Assembly: GCA_963754985.1 (NCBI GenBank)
Contig: CAVWIJ010000012.1
Location: 514,249 to 578,248, forward strand
Direction: 5' to 3'
Source: an uncultured Holophagae bacterium
Lineage (GTDB): Bacteria > Acidobacteriota > Thermoanaerobaculia > Thermoanaerobaculales > Sulfomarinibacteraceae
DNA: 64,000 bases
A program made the translations under genes and the position numbers. Below are positions 41,853-51,573 of this stretch, one piece after another; position 1 is the first letter of the stretch; each line of letters starts with the position of its first letter. The notes under the pieces were generated by a model, which was given only the letters and a program-made list of their open reading frames with translations, was not told the origin of the DNA and ran no database searches.

Positions 41853-42513
41853 AGTGTGGGCGGTCACCGCCAAGGACCTGCGGACCGAGTTCCGGACGCG
41901 GGTCGCGCTGAGCTCGGTGGGGCTGTTCGCGCTGACGACGCTGATCGCGGTCGCCTACTCGGTGGGCCCGTTCCGGATCAGCGTCGAGGACCGCCCGTTC
42001 CTGCTCGCGGTGCTGCTGTGGATCGTGGTCTTCTTCGCGGCGCTGGCCGGCCTCGATCGCGGCTTCGTCAAGGAGGAGGAGAGCCACACCGCGCCGCTGC
42101 TCCGGCTGTCGGCGTCGCCGCACGTGGTGTGGGCGGGCAAGCTGGTCTTCAACCTCGTGCTGCTGGCGGCGCTGCTGGCCGCGCTGGTGCCGCTGTACTG
42201 CATCCTGATGGGCTATCGCATCGAGCTCGTGGGCTGGTTCGTGCTGCTGCTCGCCGCCGGCGGCTACACGCTGGCGGTGGAGGCAACGATCGTCGCCGCG
42301 ATCATCGCCCGCGCCCAGGGTCGCGGCGCACTGTTCCCGGTGCTCGCGCTCCCGCTACTGCTGGCGCTGCTGGTGTTCCTGATCGAGGGCACGACCGCCA
42401 CCGCGGAGGGCTCGCTGGAGTCCGTCCGCGCGTCGCTGCGCGCGGTCGCGTCGCTGGGAGGCGCGATGACGGTGGTGTCGGCGATGCTCTTCCCGCTGGT
42501 CTGGAATGACTAG
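41833..42513 (+). CDS. ccmB: Heme exporter membrane protein CcmB
   Basis: It lies in the frame of track ORF 41800..42513. Candidate GTG starts are at 41833 and 41854. It has six TM helices, and KDLRTEFRTR and FPVLALPLLLALLVF are CcmB-like. Confidence 0.7.
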   Translation: MWRWLSEVWAVTAKDLRTEFRTRVALSSVGLFALTTLIAVAYSVGPFRISVEDRPFLLAVLLWIVVFFAALAGLDRGFVKEEESHTAPLLRLSASPHVVWAGKLVFNLVLLAALLAALVPLYCILMGYRIELVGWFVLLLAAGGYTLAVEATIVAAIIARAQGRGALFPVLALPLLLALLVFLIEGTTATAEGSLESVRASLRAVASLGGAMTVVSAMLFPLVWND

Positions 42514-42514
42514 G

Positions 42515-42775
42515 AGCGTGTTGGGCATGGGCCCCTCGGCGTACTCGGGTCGTAGGCCTTGGGGTGTGCTTGAGGCGTCTCGGTCGCTGGCTGGCCTACG
42601 CCCCGCGCGCGCCGAGAACGATGCGCTGCGCGCATCCAGGAGGAGATGGTGCCGCAGTGGCCGTCTGACGACACTTCGGTCAACCACGCCCGCCAAGAAA
42701 GGCCGATGCGGTACGAACTCTGAGTGCGGCACATCGCCGGCCGCAGTAGAAAGTTGGTGAGGTATCCGAGATGGT
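42515..42775. repeat. Divergent relative of the 180-bp element, inserted between ccmB and ccmC
   Basis: 42719-42770 (CTGAGTGCGGCACATCGCCGGCCGCAGTAGAAAGTTGGTGAGGTATCCGAG) matches the right end of copies 1 and 2. The upstream 200 nt is only patchily similar, and no clear left terminal repeat is present. Confidence 0.45.
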
Positions 42776-42838
42776 GTGCCCGCGGGCACCGCGAACGCCG
42801 GTTGGGAGGGACGGGATTGCCGATGGGGGATGACGTGT

Positions 42839-42950
42839 TAGGGTCTAGGGGCTAGGCTTTAGAAGCCAGAACCGGGGCGGTAGCGTTTGGTGCGATTCCC
42901 GCCCCCGCTTCGTCGGAAGCGGGCGCGGAAGCGGAAGCGGGCACGGGGGT
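42839..42950. repeat. Heptamer tract plus hexamer-arm repeat (locus R10)
   Basis: TAGGGTC/TAGGGGC/TAGGCTT/TAGAAGC/CAGAACC lie at 42839-42873. The core CGGGCGCGGAAGCGGAAG lies at 42920-42937, preceded by the small hairpin CCCGCTTC-GTCG-GAAGCGGG. Confidence 0.6.
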
Positions 42951-43020
42951 GAGGACGGCGAGGCCCCGATTCGCCGTCACTGACTGCCCGGTGGAGGTTT
43001 GCCGGCAATGGAGACGCCTG

Positions 43021-43689
43021 ATGAACATCCGTGAGCTCCTGAAGTGGGTTCTCCTGCTCTGGATGGGCCTGGTGATCTGGGCGGCCTTCCTTTACGTGCC
43101 CCCCGCCGACAAGTTCATCGGTGAGTCCTCGAGGATCGTCTTTTTTCACGTGCCGACGGCATGGGTGGCGGTGCTCGCCTTCCTCATCTCGTGCGTGGCG
43201 TCGGTGGTCTATCTGCGCCGGCGCGAGCCGGGAGACGACATCCGGGCGGCGGTGGCGGCGGGTCTCGGGCTGCTGTTCGCGATCCTCGCCACGGTGACCG
43301 GCGCGGTGTTCGCTCGCATCATGTGGGGGGCGTACTGGAACTGGGATCCGCGCCAGACCTCGATCGTCATCCTGATGCTGATCTACAGCTCCTACTTCGC
43401 ACTGCGCGGAGCGGTGCCCGACCCGGAGCGGCGGGCGGCGCTGGCGGCGGTGTATGCGATTCTGGCCTTCGTCACGGTCCCTTTCCTGGTCTTCGTGGTG
43501 CCCCGGATCTACTGGTCCCTGCACCCGGACTCGATCATCAACACCAGAGGGACCAATGAGTTCGACTCGCGGCACACGCAGGTGCTGATGGCCTCGTTGG
43601 CGGGATTTACCGGCTTGTTCTTATGGTTATATACTCTGGGTTGCCGCGTCGAGGCGATCCGGCGGCGACGCCAGCAGGAGGGTCTGTGA
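43021..43689 (+). CDS. ccmC: Heme exporter / heme-handling protein CcmC
   Basis: The ATG at 43021 lies within track ORF 42949..43689. The motifs are FFHVPTAW and the WGAYWNWDPRQTS tryptophan-rich (WWD) motif. Confidence 0.85.
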   Translation: MNIRELLKWVLLLWMGLVIWAAFLYVPPADKFIGESSRIVFFHVPTAWVAVLAFLISCVASVVYLRRREPGDDIRAAVAAGLGLLFAILATVTGAVFARIMWGAYWNWDPRQTSIVILMLIYSSYFALRGAVPDPERRAALAAVYAILAFVTVPFLVFVVPRIYWSLHPDSIINTRGTNEFDSRHTQVLMASLAGFTGLFLWLYTLGCRVEAIRRRRQQEGL

Positions 43690-43790
43690 ACGATCTGCTG
43701 GGAATCATGGTGGTCACCCTGATCATCTGGGTTGGCCTTTTTGCGTATGTGTATCTGGTGGACCGAAAGGTCCGCCGTTTGGAGGACTGA
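43686..43790 (+). CDS. ccmD: CcmD-like small membrane protein (34 aa), absent from the ORF track
   Basis: The GTG at 43686 overlaps the ccmC stop (GTGA) and its stop overlaps the ccmE ATG. The product is VNDLLGIMVVTLIIWVGLFAYVYLVDRKVRRLED, one TM helix with a basic tail, in the canonical ccmD position. Confidence 0.5.
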   Translation: MNDLLGIMVVTLIIWVGLFAYVYLVDRKVRRLED

Positions 43791-44206
43791 TGACGGATCC
43801 ACGACGCCAGCGTCGAATCTGGTACGCGGTCGGCGGCGTGTTGGTTTTTGCCTTTCTCGCCTTCGGGGCGACCTCGTTCAAGAGCAACTTGACCCCGTAC
43901 GTTTCCATCGAGGAGGCGATGCGGCGACCTGCCAAGGTCCAGGTCAAGGGCAGCCTGGTGCCGGACTCCACCGAGTACGTGGAGACCTCGCAGCAGCTGC
44001 GCTTCGGGCTCTCGGACGATCGAGGCAACACCATGCCGGTGCTGTACGCGGGGACCAAGCCGGGGAACTTCGAGGAGGCCACGGAGATCGTGGCCGTCGG
44101 CAGCTATCGCGAGGGCGCCTTCCACGCCGACCAGCTGCTCGTGAAGTGCCCGTCCAAGTACCAGGGGCTCGACGAAGACCCCACCACGCGCGGCTCCGAG
44201 ACCTGA
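43790..44206 (+). CDS. ccmE: Heme chaperone CcmE, Cys-type (C-x3-Y) variant
   Basis: Intact 138-aa ORF with an N-terminal TM anchor and OB-fold region. LLVKCPSKY stands where canonical CcmE has (L/V)LAKHDENY. Confidence 0.85.
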   Translation: MTDPRRQRRIWYAVGGVLVFAFLAFGATSFKSNLTPYVSIEEAMRRPAKVQVKGSLVPDSTEYVETSQQLRFGLSDDRGNTMPVLYAGTKPGNFEEATEIVAVGSYREGAFHADQLLVKCPSKYQGLDEDPTTRGSET

Positions 44207-44278
44207 GCTCGCACCTGGCCCGGATCGGCGGGCCGCTGTAAAATGAGCCTGTGTCTCGAATTCTAGGGAGGAGCTGTC

Positions 44279-46826
44279 ATGTACATACCCGGCACTCTGT
44301 TGCTGTGGCTGGCCTTCCTGCTGGGCGTGGCCTCCACGGTCGCCTACGCCCTGGTGATCCGCGGCTCGAGCGGCGCCCGCGCCATCGCCCGCCAGGCCTA
44401 CCTGCTGATGACGGCGGCGATCGTGGTGGTGTCGGGCCTGCTGATGTACCTGCTCGTGACCCATGACTACCGCCTGCACTACGTCTGGGCCTACTCCGAC
44501 AACCTGCTCGAGCTCAAGTACCTGGTCTCCTCGTTCTGGGGTGGTCAGGAGGGGAGCTTCCTGCTCTGGATTTTCTGGGGCGTGCTGCTGGGGCTGCCGC
44601 TGATGCGCTTCGCCCGCGCTTACGAGTCGCGGGTGATGGTGTTCTACAACCTCACCCTGCTGTCGCTGATCATGCTCCTGCTCAAGCAGGACCCCTTCCG
44701 CTTTCACGAAGGTCTCGCCACGGGGATGACGCCGCTCGACGGCCAGGGGCTCAACCCGCTGCTGCAGAACCCGTGGATGGTCATCCACCCGCCGATCATG
44801 TTCATCGGCTACGCGTCGCTCGCGATTCCGTTTTCGTTCGCGCTGGCGGCGCTGTGGATGCGCCGCTACGACGAGTGGACCAAGGCCTCGATGCCGTGGG
44901 TCCTGCTCTCGCTCGGCACCCTCGGCCTCGCGATCATGCTCGGCGGCTACTGGGCGTACGAGACCCTCGGCTGGGGCGGCTACTGGGGGTGGGACCCGGT
45001 GGAGAACGCCTCCCTGGTGCCGTGGCTGGCCACCGCCGCCCTGACCCACGGCATGCTCCTGCAGCGCGGCCGCAAGCGCTTCCGCCGGATGAACCTGACC
45101 CTGGCGCTGTTCGCCTACCTGCTGGTCGTCTACGCCACCTTCCTGACCCGGTCGGGCGTGCTCGGAGACTTCTCGGTGCACTCCTTCGTCGACCTCGGCA
45201 TCACCGGCTGGCTGATCTTCAACATGGTGTTCTTCATCGCCGTGTCGGTGGTCCTGCTGGCCTTGCGCTGGCGTGACATCCCGACCGAGGTCGGCACCGA
45301 GCCCTTCCTGTCGCGGACCATCTTCTTCGTGCTCGGCATCCTGATGCTGGTCCTGACCGGGGTGATCGTGGGCGTCGGCACGTCGGCGCCGCTGATCTCC
45401 CGCCTGTGGGGCGAGCCGGCGCAGGTCGGGCCCGACTTCTACAACAACGTCGGCTACTGGCTGGCGGTGGCCTTCGCCGCCTTCCTCGGCGCGACGCCCT
45501 TCCTCGGCTGGAGCCGCACCGACGACGGCGCCGGCCGCCGCTTCGCGGTCGTGCTCGCGCTGAGCGTCGTGCTGCTGGTCGTCGGCCACTTCCTGGGCCT
45601 CACCGGCTTCAAGGCGCACCTCTACGTCGCCGCCGTGCTCTTCAACATCGTGGCCAACTCCTGGGCCTTGCTGCAGAAGGTCGCGGCACCGGCATTGGCG
45701 GGCCGCCGGCGGCGTGCTCGCCCACGTCGGGGTCGGGCTTATGATGCTCGCATTCCTGACCACCGGCTGGCTCGACCGCGAGCAGAAGGTGCGCCTGATC
45801 CAGGGCCAGGCGACCGAGGTGCTCGGCTACTCCCTGACCTTCACGGGCGTCGAGAAACCGACGCCGATGGCGCGCGACGCGATGGTCGTGGAGGTGACCG
45901 ACCCGCGGGGCCGCAACTTCGTGCTCAAGCCGCGGATGTGGGTCAACCAGAAGTCGGACCAGCTCGTCGCGAACCCGGACATCCGGTCCTTCCTGACCAC
46001 CGATCTCTACGTGGCGCCGGTCGAGTTCACCCCGGGTGAGGAGGCGCCGGCGAGCGGCCGGCTGATGCTGGCCAAGGACCAGCCGGCGGCCTTCCAGGAC
46101 TGGACGCTGCTGTTCCGCCGCTTCGACATGGCGCGCCAGAACGCGGTCCCCGGGGCCCTCACCGTCGGGATGGTGGTCGAGCTCCAGCGGCCGGGCGTCG
46201 AGCCGGTCATCCTCGAGCCCTCGCTGATCTCGATGAGCGACGGCACCGTTCAGTCCGTGCCCGTGGACATCCCGGGGGTGCCCGGCGGCAAGCTGCGGGC
46301 GACCGGAATGAGCGTCGACCAGGGGACGATCCGGGTCGAGCTGCTCGGCCTCGGCGGCGGCGTCGCCCGCACCGCGGTCCTCCACAAAGGTGAGGTCCTC
46401 ACCTACGAGGGGCTCAAGATCCGATTCGACGACTTCGACCTCTCCGACTTCGACCCCGACGCCGGGAAGATCAACTTCGGGGTCGTCTTCGAGGTCGAGC
46501 GGGACGGCCAGACCGTCGAGGTGGTGCCGCGCTTCAAGGGCGGCATGGCGGGCGGGCCCGAGCTGACGCCGGCGGTGGTGCCCGGCGCCGGCGGAGTGAC
46601 CCTCGCCATCGGCCGTGTCGACGCCGAGGGCGGCGCCGTCGAGCTGCAGGTGATCGACCCGACCCTGTCGTCGACAGGGTCCCAGCCGGCGAGCGTGGTG
46701 CTCGACATCTCGACCAAGCCGCTCATCGCACTGGTGTGGATCGGGACGCTGATGGTGATGGCGGGCATCGGCACGGCCATCGGCCTGCGGCGCAGGGACA
46801 TCGCCTCGATCCCTGTCGAGGGCTGA
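44279..46826 (+). CDS. ccmF: Cytochrome c heme lyase subunit CcmF with an extended C-terminal periplasmic domain and one frame break
   Basis: Track ORF 44279.. shows FWGGQEGSFLLW and the WGGYWGWDPVEN WWD motif. It joins 45714..46826 at about 45700. The reconstructed length is about 849 aa. Confidence 0.8.
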
Positions 46827-46837
46827 TCGGACGCAGA

Positions 46838-47080
46838 GGACGGGGGCGGGGGGAACGCTGCCCCCGCCCGCTTCCGCGCCCGCGCCCGCTTCCGGATGGG
46901 GTGGGTGGGGTTCGCCACCCTGCCGCCGCCTTCCGCGCCCGCTTCCGCATTGGGCGACTAAGGGCGCATGCCCTGAAGCCCCATCCTCGAGTTCGCATTC
47001 CAGCCACCGGAGAGCGTGCCTCCAGCCCCGCCGTCTCGGGCTCCCGGAATGCCCGGAAGCGGAAGCGGAAGGTGAAGCGA
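46838..47080. repeat. Composite intergenic repeat (locus R11)
   Basis: The GC hairpin GGGCGGGGG/CCCCCGCCC lies at about 46843-46869. CCCGCTTCCGCGCCCGCGCCCGCTTCCGG and CCTTCCGCGCCCGCTTCCGC are minus-type arms. CCCGGAAGCGGAAGCGGAAGG at about 47051-47071 is the plus-type arm. The palindrome AGGGCGCATGCCCT lies at about 46961. Confidence 0.65.
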
Positions 47081-47121
47081 GAGATGGGGTCTGTGCGCCG
47101 TGCGCTCCCGGTTGGGCTCCC

Positions 47122-48589
47122 TCACTCGTCGGGCGGCGCGTCGAGGTGCGGCAGCCACGGAATCATCGCCATGTTCGGCAGGGTGAGCAGGAAGGTCAGC
47201 GCGAAGTAGATCGGGAATCCGAGCGCCGAGGCGAGGAAGCCCGAAACGACACCGGCGAGCGTGCCGGCGATGTTCATCAGTCCGGTGCCAATCGCGAAGT
47301 GCGCCGCCTTGTAGCTCGCCTTGGTGGTCCGCATGATGAATACCGTGAAGGCGGCGTTGCCGAAGCCGGCGCCGAACGCCTCGATCGAGATCAGCAGGCA
47401 GACGAGCAGGAAGTCGGCCCGACCGGCGTCGGGGTCAGCCAGGATGTGGCGGTACTTGAGCGCCAGCAGCATGTACAGGAAGTTGAGGCTGTTGAGCGCC
47501 AGCACGAACGGCCAGATGCAGCGCCGCAGGCCATAGCGGGCGATCAGGAGGCCGCCGAGGATGCTGCCGACGATCGTCGAGATGATGCCGAAGGTGTTGT
47601 GGGCGAGGCCGTACTGCGCCAGCGTGATGCCGATGTCCTTGAGGAAGGGGTAGGCCATGTTCTGGAGCAGCGCCTCGCCGATGCGGAAGGTGGCGATGAA
47701 GGCGAGCACGAGCCCGATCCGGGGCCGGTCGAGGTAGTCGACAAAGGCGAGCGCGTAGGTCGAGTCTGAGGCGTAGAGGCGGCGCTTGAGCGCGGGCGCC
47801 CGGACCGCCACCGCCGAGAGCACCAGCAGCAGGGCGAGGACGATCCACATCGGCGCCGAGATCTTCCGTAGCGGGCCGGTGACGCCGGCCAGGGCCTCGC
47901 TCGTCAGGACGGCCCACAGGCCGACCACGGCGGCAGCCGCCGCCACGACCACCACCAGATGCCGGGGGCGGACCAGGTAGCCGACAAGCTCGCCCATGGG
48001 CCGCTTCGGCTTCTCGATCCGAGCGAGCCGCAGCGTTGTTGAGCGTCCACACGGCGAAGAAGATGGTCGCCGCGAAAAGGTAGCCGATCAGCCACGAGAA
48101 GCGGCCGCAGACCCAGGCGATGCCGCCGCCGCCGGTGATCAGCGCGACCCGGTAGGCCGCAGACTGCAGGCCGACGTAGCGCGCGCGGTCGGTCTGGCCG
48201 AGCGCCTCGAGGTAGTAACCGTCGATGGCGATGTCGTGGGTGGCCGACAGGAACGCCAGCACCATGAAGACTGCAGCGCCGGCCACCAGCGGCGCGGGCG
48301 TCTGGCTGGCGATGCCGAGCAGAACCAGCCCGCCGACGATCGCGAGCTCGAGCGTCAGCAGCCAGCGCCGCTTGGTGGCGTAGGCGTCGACGAACGGGCC
48401 CCACAGGAACTTGATCGTCCACGGGATCCCGAACAGCGAGGTCAGGCCGATCGCCTGCAGGCTGGCGCCGTGCTCCTTGAAGTAGGCGGTCGACATGAGG
48501 CGGACGAGACCGTACGGAAACCCCTCGGCGAAGTAGGCGGAGAGGATCCACCATGGGCGCTTCGAGGGCTGGGTCGTGGTCCGGGCCAT
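47122..48589 (-). CDS. ampG: AmpG-family MFS transporter with one frame break
   Basis: Track ORF 47435..48589 provides the N-terminal half (FAEGFPYGLV, GIPWTIKFLWGPFVDAYATKRRWLL). It joins 47122..47997 at about 48010. The protein has 12-14 TM helices. Confidence 0.7.
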
Positions 48590-48725
48590 CGCCGCTCATG
48601 GTAGCGCGGTCTGCCACCCGGGGCGGGTGGCTCCGGGCGGATCGAGCGTCAAAACGGGGTGCTAGACTCGCTCCGTCACGGCCGGAGCGCCACGGCGCCC
48701 GCCGCGGGAGTGAACAGCCGCCGCC

Positions 48726-51197
48726 ATGAGCATGTTGCTGCGCCGTACGCTCAATCTGTTCCGCCCCTGGCGGCGGGACGCGGCGCTCCGCTCGTCAGCG
48801 TCGTTTCGCCTGCAGTACGAGCGCTTCCGCCAGCTCCTCGCCCTCAATGACCGGATGCTGCAGCTGTTCGCCGACATCGAGGACCAGCTCTCGGCGTCGG
48901 CGCCGTTCGCGCTCGACACCACGCTGCGGCGGGTCCGCGAGGCCTCGGTCGACGTGTTCGTGATGGCGAAGAACCTGAACCAGATCACGAGCGGGCGCTT
49001 CCCGGAGCTCTACGATGCGCTCGCCGTCATCTCCGATCAGCTCGACAGCGAGCTCCAGCGCCTGCGCGGGGCCACGCCCGGGCCGCTGGTGGTCCCGGTT
49101 TCCGAGCTGCGGGCGGGCGACGCAGCGCTCGCCGGCGCCAAGATGGCGAACCTGGGGGAGGTGACCGCGGGCTGCGGCCTCGCCGTGCCGGAGGGCTTCG
49201 CCATCACCACCGCGGCCTTCGGCCGCTTCATGGAGGAGAACTGGCTGTGGGACCGCTGCGAGCGCCTGGAGGGCCTCCTCGAGGCGAACGGCCCGTCCGC
49301 CCTCAACGAGGGCTGCGCCGAGGTTCGGGCCGCCATGCTGGGTGCCGTGGTGCCGGCCGACGTGGCGGAGGCGGTGGCCGCGGCCAGCGCCGCCGCCTTC
49401 TCCGACGAGGAGGTCCTGCTGGCGGTGCGCTCGAGCGCGGTCGGCGAGGACGGCTCGGCCACCTCCCACGCCGGGATCTACCACAGCGAGCTGCACGTGC
49501 CTCGAGAGCGCCTGCTCGACAGCTACCGGGAGGTGGTCGCGAGCGCCTTCACCCCGGCGGCGGTCTCCTACCGCTACGCGCGCGGGCTGACGGCGGGCGA
49601 TTCATCAATGGCGGTCGGCTGCCTCCGGATGGTCGACGTGATGGCCAGCGGCATCATGTTCTCGCGCCCCCCCGAGTCGCCGGCCGAGGACCTGGTCGTG
49701 ATCAGCGGGTCGCGCGGCATCGCCGCAGGCATCGCCCTCGGCACCGAGGACGCCTCGATCTGGACCGGTCCCCCCGCCGGCCCCTTCGCGGGCGGTGACA
49801 CCGCGGTCGGCGAGGCCGACCTGCGGCGGCTCGCTGGCGCCGCGCGGCAGCTGGAAGAGCACTTCGGATCGGCCCAGGACGTGGAGTGGGCCATCGATAC
49901 GAGCGGACGGCTGATCGTCCTCCAGACCCGCCCGATGGTGACCATCGCGCCCGGCACGCCCCAGGAGAGCTCGCCGCTCGATGAGCTCGAGCTGCTCGTG
50001 GAAGGTGGACTGACCGCCTGCCCGGGCGTGGCTGCGGGGCCGGTCGTTCCGGTGCGGGGCGAGGCCGACCTGGCAGAGTTCCCGGACGGCGGGGTGCTGC
50101 TGGCCCACCACTCGTCCCCGGTCTTCAACCAGGTCATGACGCGCTGCGCCGCCATCGTCACCGAGGTCGGGTCGCCGACCGGGCACATGGCGATCCTGGC
50201 TCGGGAGTACGGGGTGCCCGCCATCGTCGGCATGACCGACGCGGGGCGCGCCCTCAGCCCAGGGGAGACGGTGACCGTCGACGCGCGGAACCGCCGGGTG
50301 CTGGCCGGGGCGCCCGCGCACCTGCTCGAGGGTGCGCTGCGCGAGGAGCGACCCGACTCACCGGCGATCCGCGCGCTGCGCGCGATCGCTCAGCTCGTGA
50401 CGCCCCTCCACCTCACGAACCCGGCCTCCCCGGACTTCGCGCCGCAGGCCTGCCGCACGCTGCACGACATGACCCGCTTCGTTCACGAGAAGGCCTTCGA
50501 GGGCATGTTCCACTTCGGCGACGCCGCGGCCACCGACCGCCAGAACTCCTGGCGCCTGGAGGCGCCGCTGCCGATCGACATCCGCGTCTTCGACGTCGGC
50601 GGCGGCGTCGCGGCCGACGCCCCGGCGACCGGCCGGATCTCACCGCGGACATCCTGTCGGTGCCGATGCTGGCCTTCCTCGAGGGGATGCTCGACGCGAG
50701 GATCTCGCTGGAGCGAGCCGCGGCCGGTGTCGGTGAGGGGCTTCCTGTCGGTCCTGGGCGAGAGCATGACCGGGCCGCCGCCCGACGCCCAGCAGCTCGG
50801 CCGGCTCTCCTACGCCATCGTGTCGGACCGCTACCTCAACTTCTCGACCAAGGCCGGCTACCACTTCTCGACGATCGACACCTACTGCGGGCGCAGCGCC
50901 AACAAGAACTACATCCACTTCAGGTTCTCCGGCGGGGCGGCCGACGAGCTGCGCCGGCGGCGGCGGGTCCGCTTCATCCGGCGGGTGCTCGAGGCGCTCG
51001 ACTTCCGGGTCGACGCCGGCGGCGACATCCTCCACGCGCGGCTCGACAAGTACGAGCCGGAGGTCATCCGGCAGCGCCTCGCCGACCTCGGCCGGCTGAC
51101 CCTGTGCGCCAGGCAGCTCGACATGCTGATGGGCAGCGATGAGAGCCCCGAGCGCTATGCCCAGGACTTCCTCAGCGGCCGCTTCGACCTCTTCTGA
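48726..51197 (+). CDS. PEP/pyruvate-binding and PEP-utilising (swivel His) domain protein with an uncharacterised C-terminal domain of about 270 aa
   Basis: 823-aa ORF. The ATP-grasp part shows GAKMANLGEV and VEWAIDTSGRLIVLQTRP. The swivel domain is TEVGSPTGHMAILAREYGVPAIVG. A short compensated frame excursion at about 50640-50705 reads better in track ORF 50660.. (PMLAFLEGMLDARI). Confidence 0.7.
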   Translation: MSMLLRRTLNLFRPWRRDAALRSSASFRLQYERFRQLLALNDRMLQLFADIEDQLSASAPFALDTTLRRVREASVDVFVMAKNLNQITSGRFPELYDALAVISDQLDSELQRLRGATPGPLVVPVSELRAGDAALAGAKMANLGEVTAGCGLAVPEGFAITTAAFGRFMEENWLWDRCERLEGLLEANGPSALNEGCAEVRAAMLGAVVPADVAEAVAAASAAAFSDEEVLLAVRSSAVGEDGSATSHAGIYHSELHVPRERLLDSYREVVASAFTPAAVSYRYARGLTAGDSSMAVGCLRMVDVMASGIMFSRPPESPAEDLVVISGSRGIAAGIALGTEDASIWTGPPAGPFAGGDTAVGEADLRRLAGAARQLEEHFGSAQDVEWAIDTSGRLIVLQTRPMVTIAPGTPQESSPLDELELLVEGGLTACPGVAAGPVVPVRGEADLAEFPDGGVLLAHHSSPVFNQVMTRCAAIVTEVGSPTGHMAILAREYGVPAIVGMTDAGRALSPGETVTVDARNRRVLAGAPAHLLEGALREERPDSPAIRALRAIAQLVTPLHLTNPASPDFAPQACRTLHDMTRFVHEKAFEGMFHFGDAAATDRQNSWRLEAPLPIDIRVFDVGGGVAADAPATGRISPRTSCRCRCWPSSRGCSTRGSRWSEPRPVSVRGFLSVLGESMTGPPPDAQQLGRLSYAIVSDRYLNFSTKAGYHFSTIDTYCGRSANKNYIHFRFSGGAADELRRRRRVRFIRRVLEALDFRVDAGGDILHARLDKYEPEVIRQRLADLGRLTLCARQLDMLMGSDESPERYAQDFLSGRFDLF

Positions 51198-51307
51198 GCC
51201 GCGTCGGACGGCCGCCAGGGCCTACGGCCCGCGTGCGCCGAGTGGCCTAGCCCGCACGCTCCTAGTGTGCGCTGCGGCCTGGCCCTTGTCCGCAGCCTGG
51301 CTGATGT

Positions 51308-51572
51308 TCATGACCCGCGTGGCGAGGCGCTGCCCCCCTCCTCGTAGTAGGCGATGCGAACCACGTCACCCGCCGCCGGGGTGGCGTTCACCTTGGCGTC
51401 GGCGATCGAGTACTCGAGCTCGTCATTTGGCGGCGGCCTCGTCGCGCAGGACCAACACCTGCGCGGCCTCGTCGAAGGCGACCACCGTTCCTTGAACCAC
51501 CTGGGGCGGGTTGCACCCCGCAAGGGCCAGGCTGACCGCGACCGCAGCGCAGATCAGGGCGAGCGATCTCAT
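51308..51572 (-). CDS. Small lipoprotein with 1-2 frame breaks and an uncertain 3' end
   Basis: The ATG at 51572 gives MRSLALICAAVAVSLALAGC, a classical lipobox. The sequence continues in 51308..51523 (NDELEYSIADAKVNATPAAGDVVRIAYYEEGG). Confidence 0.4.
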
Positions 51573-51573
51573 C

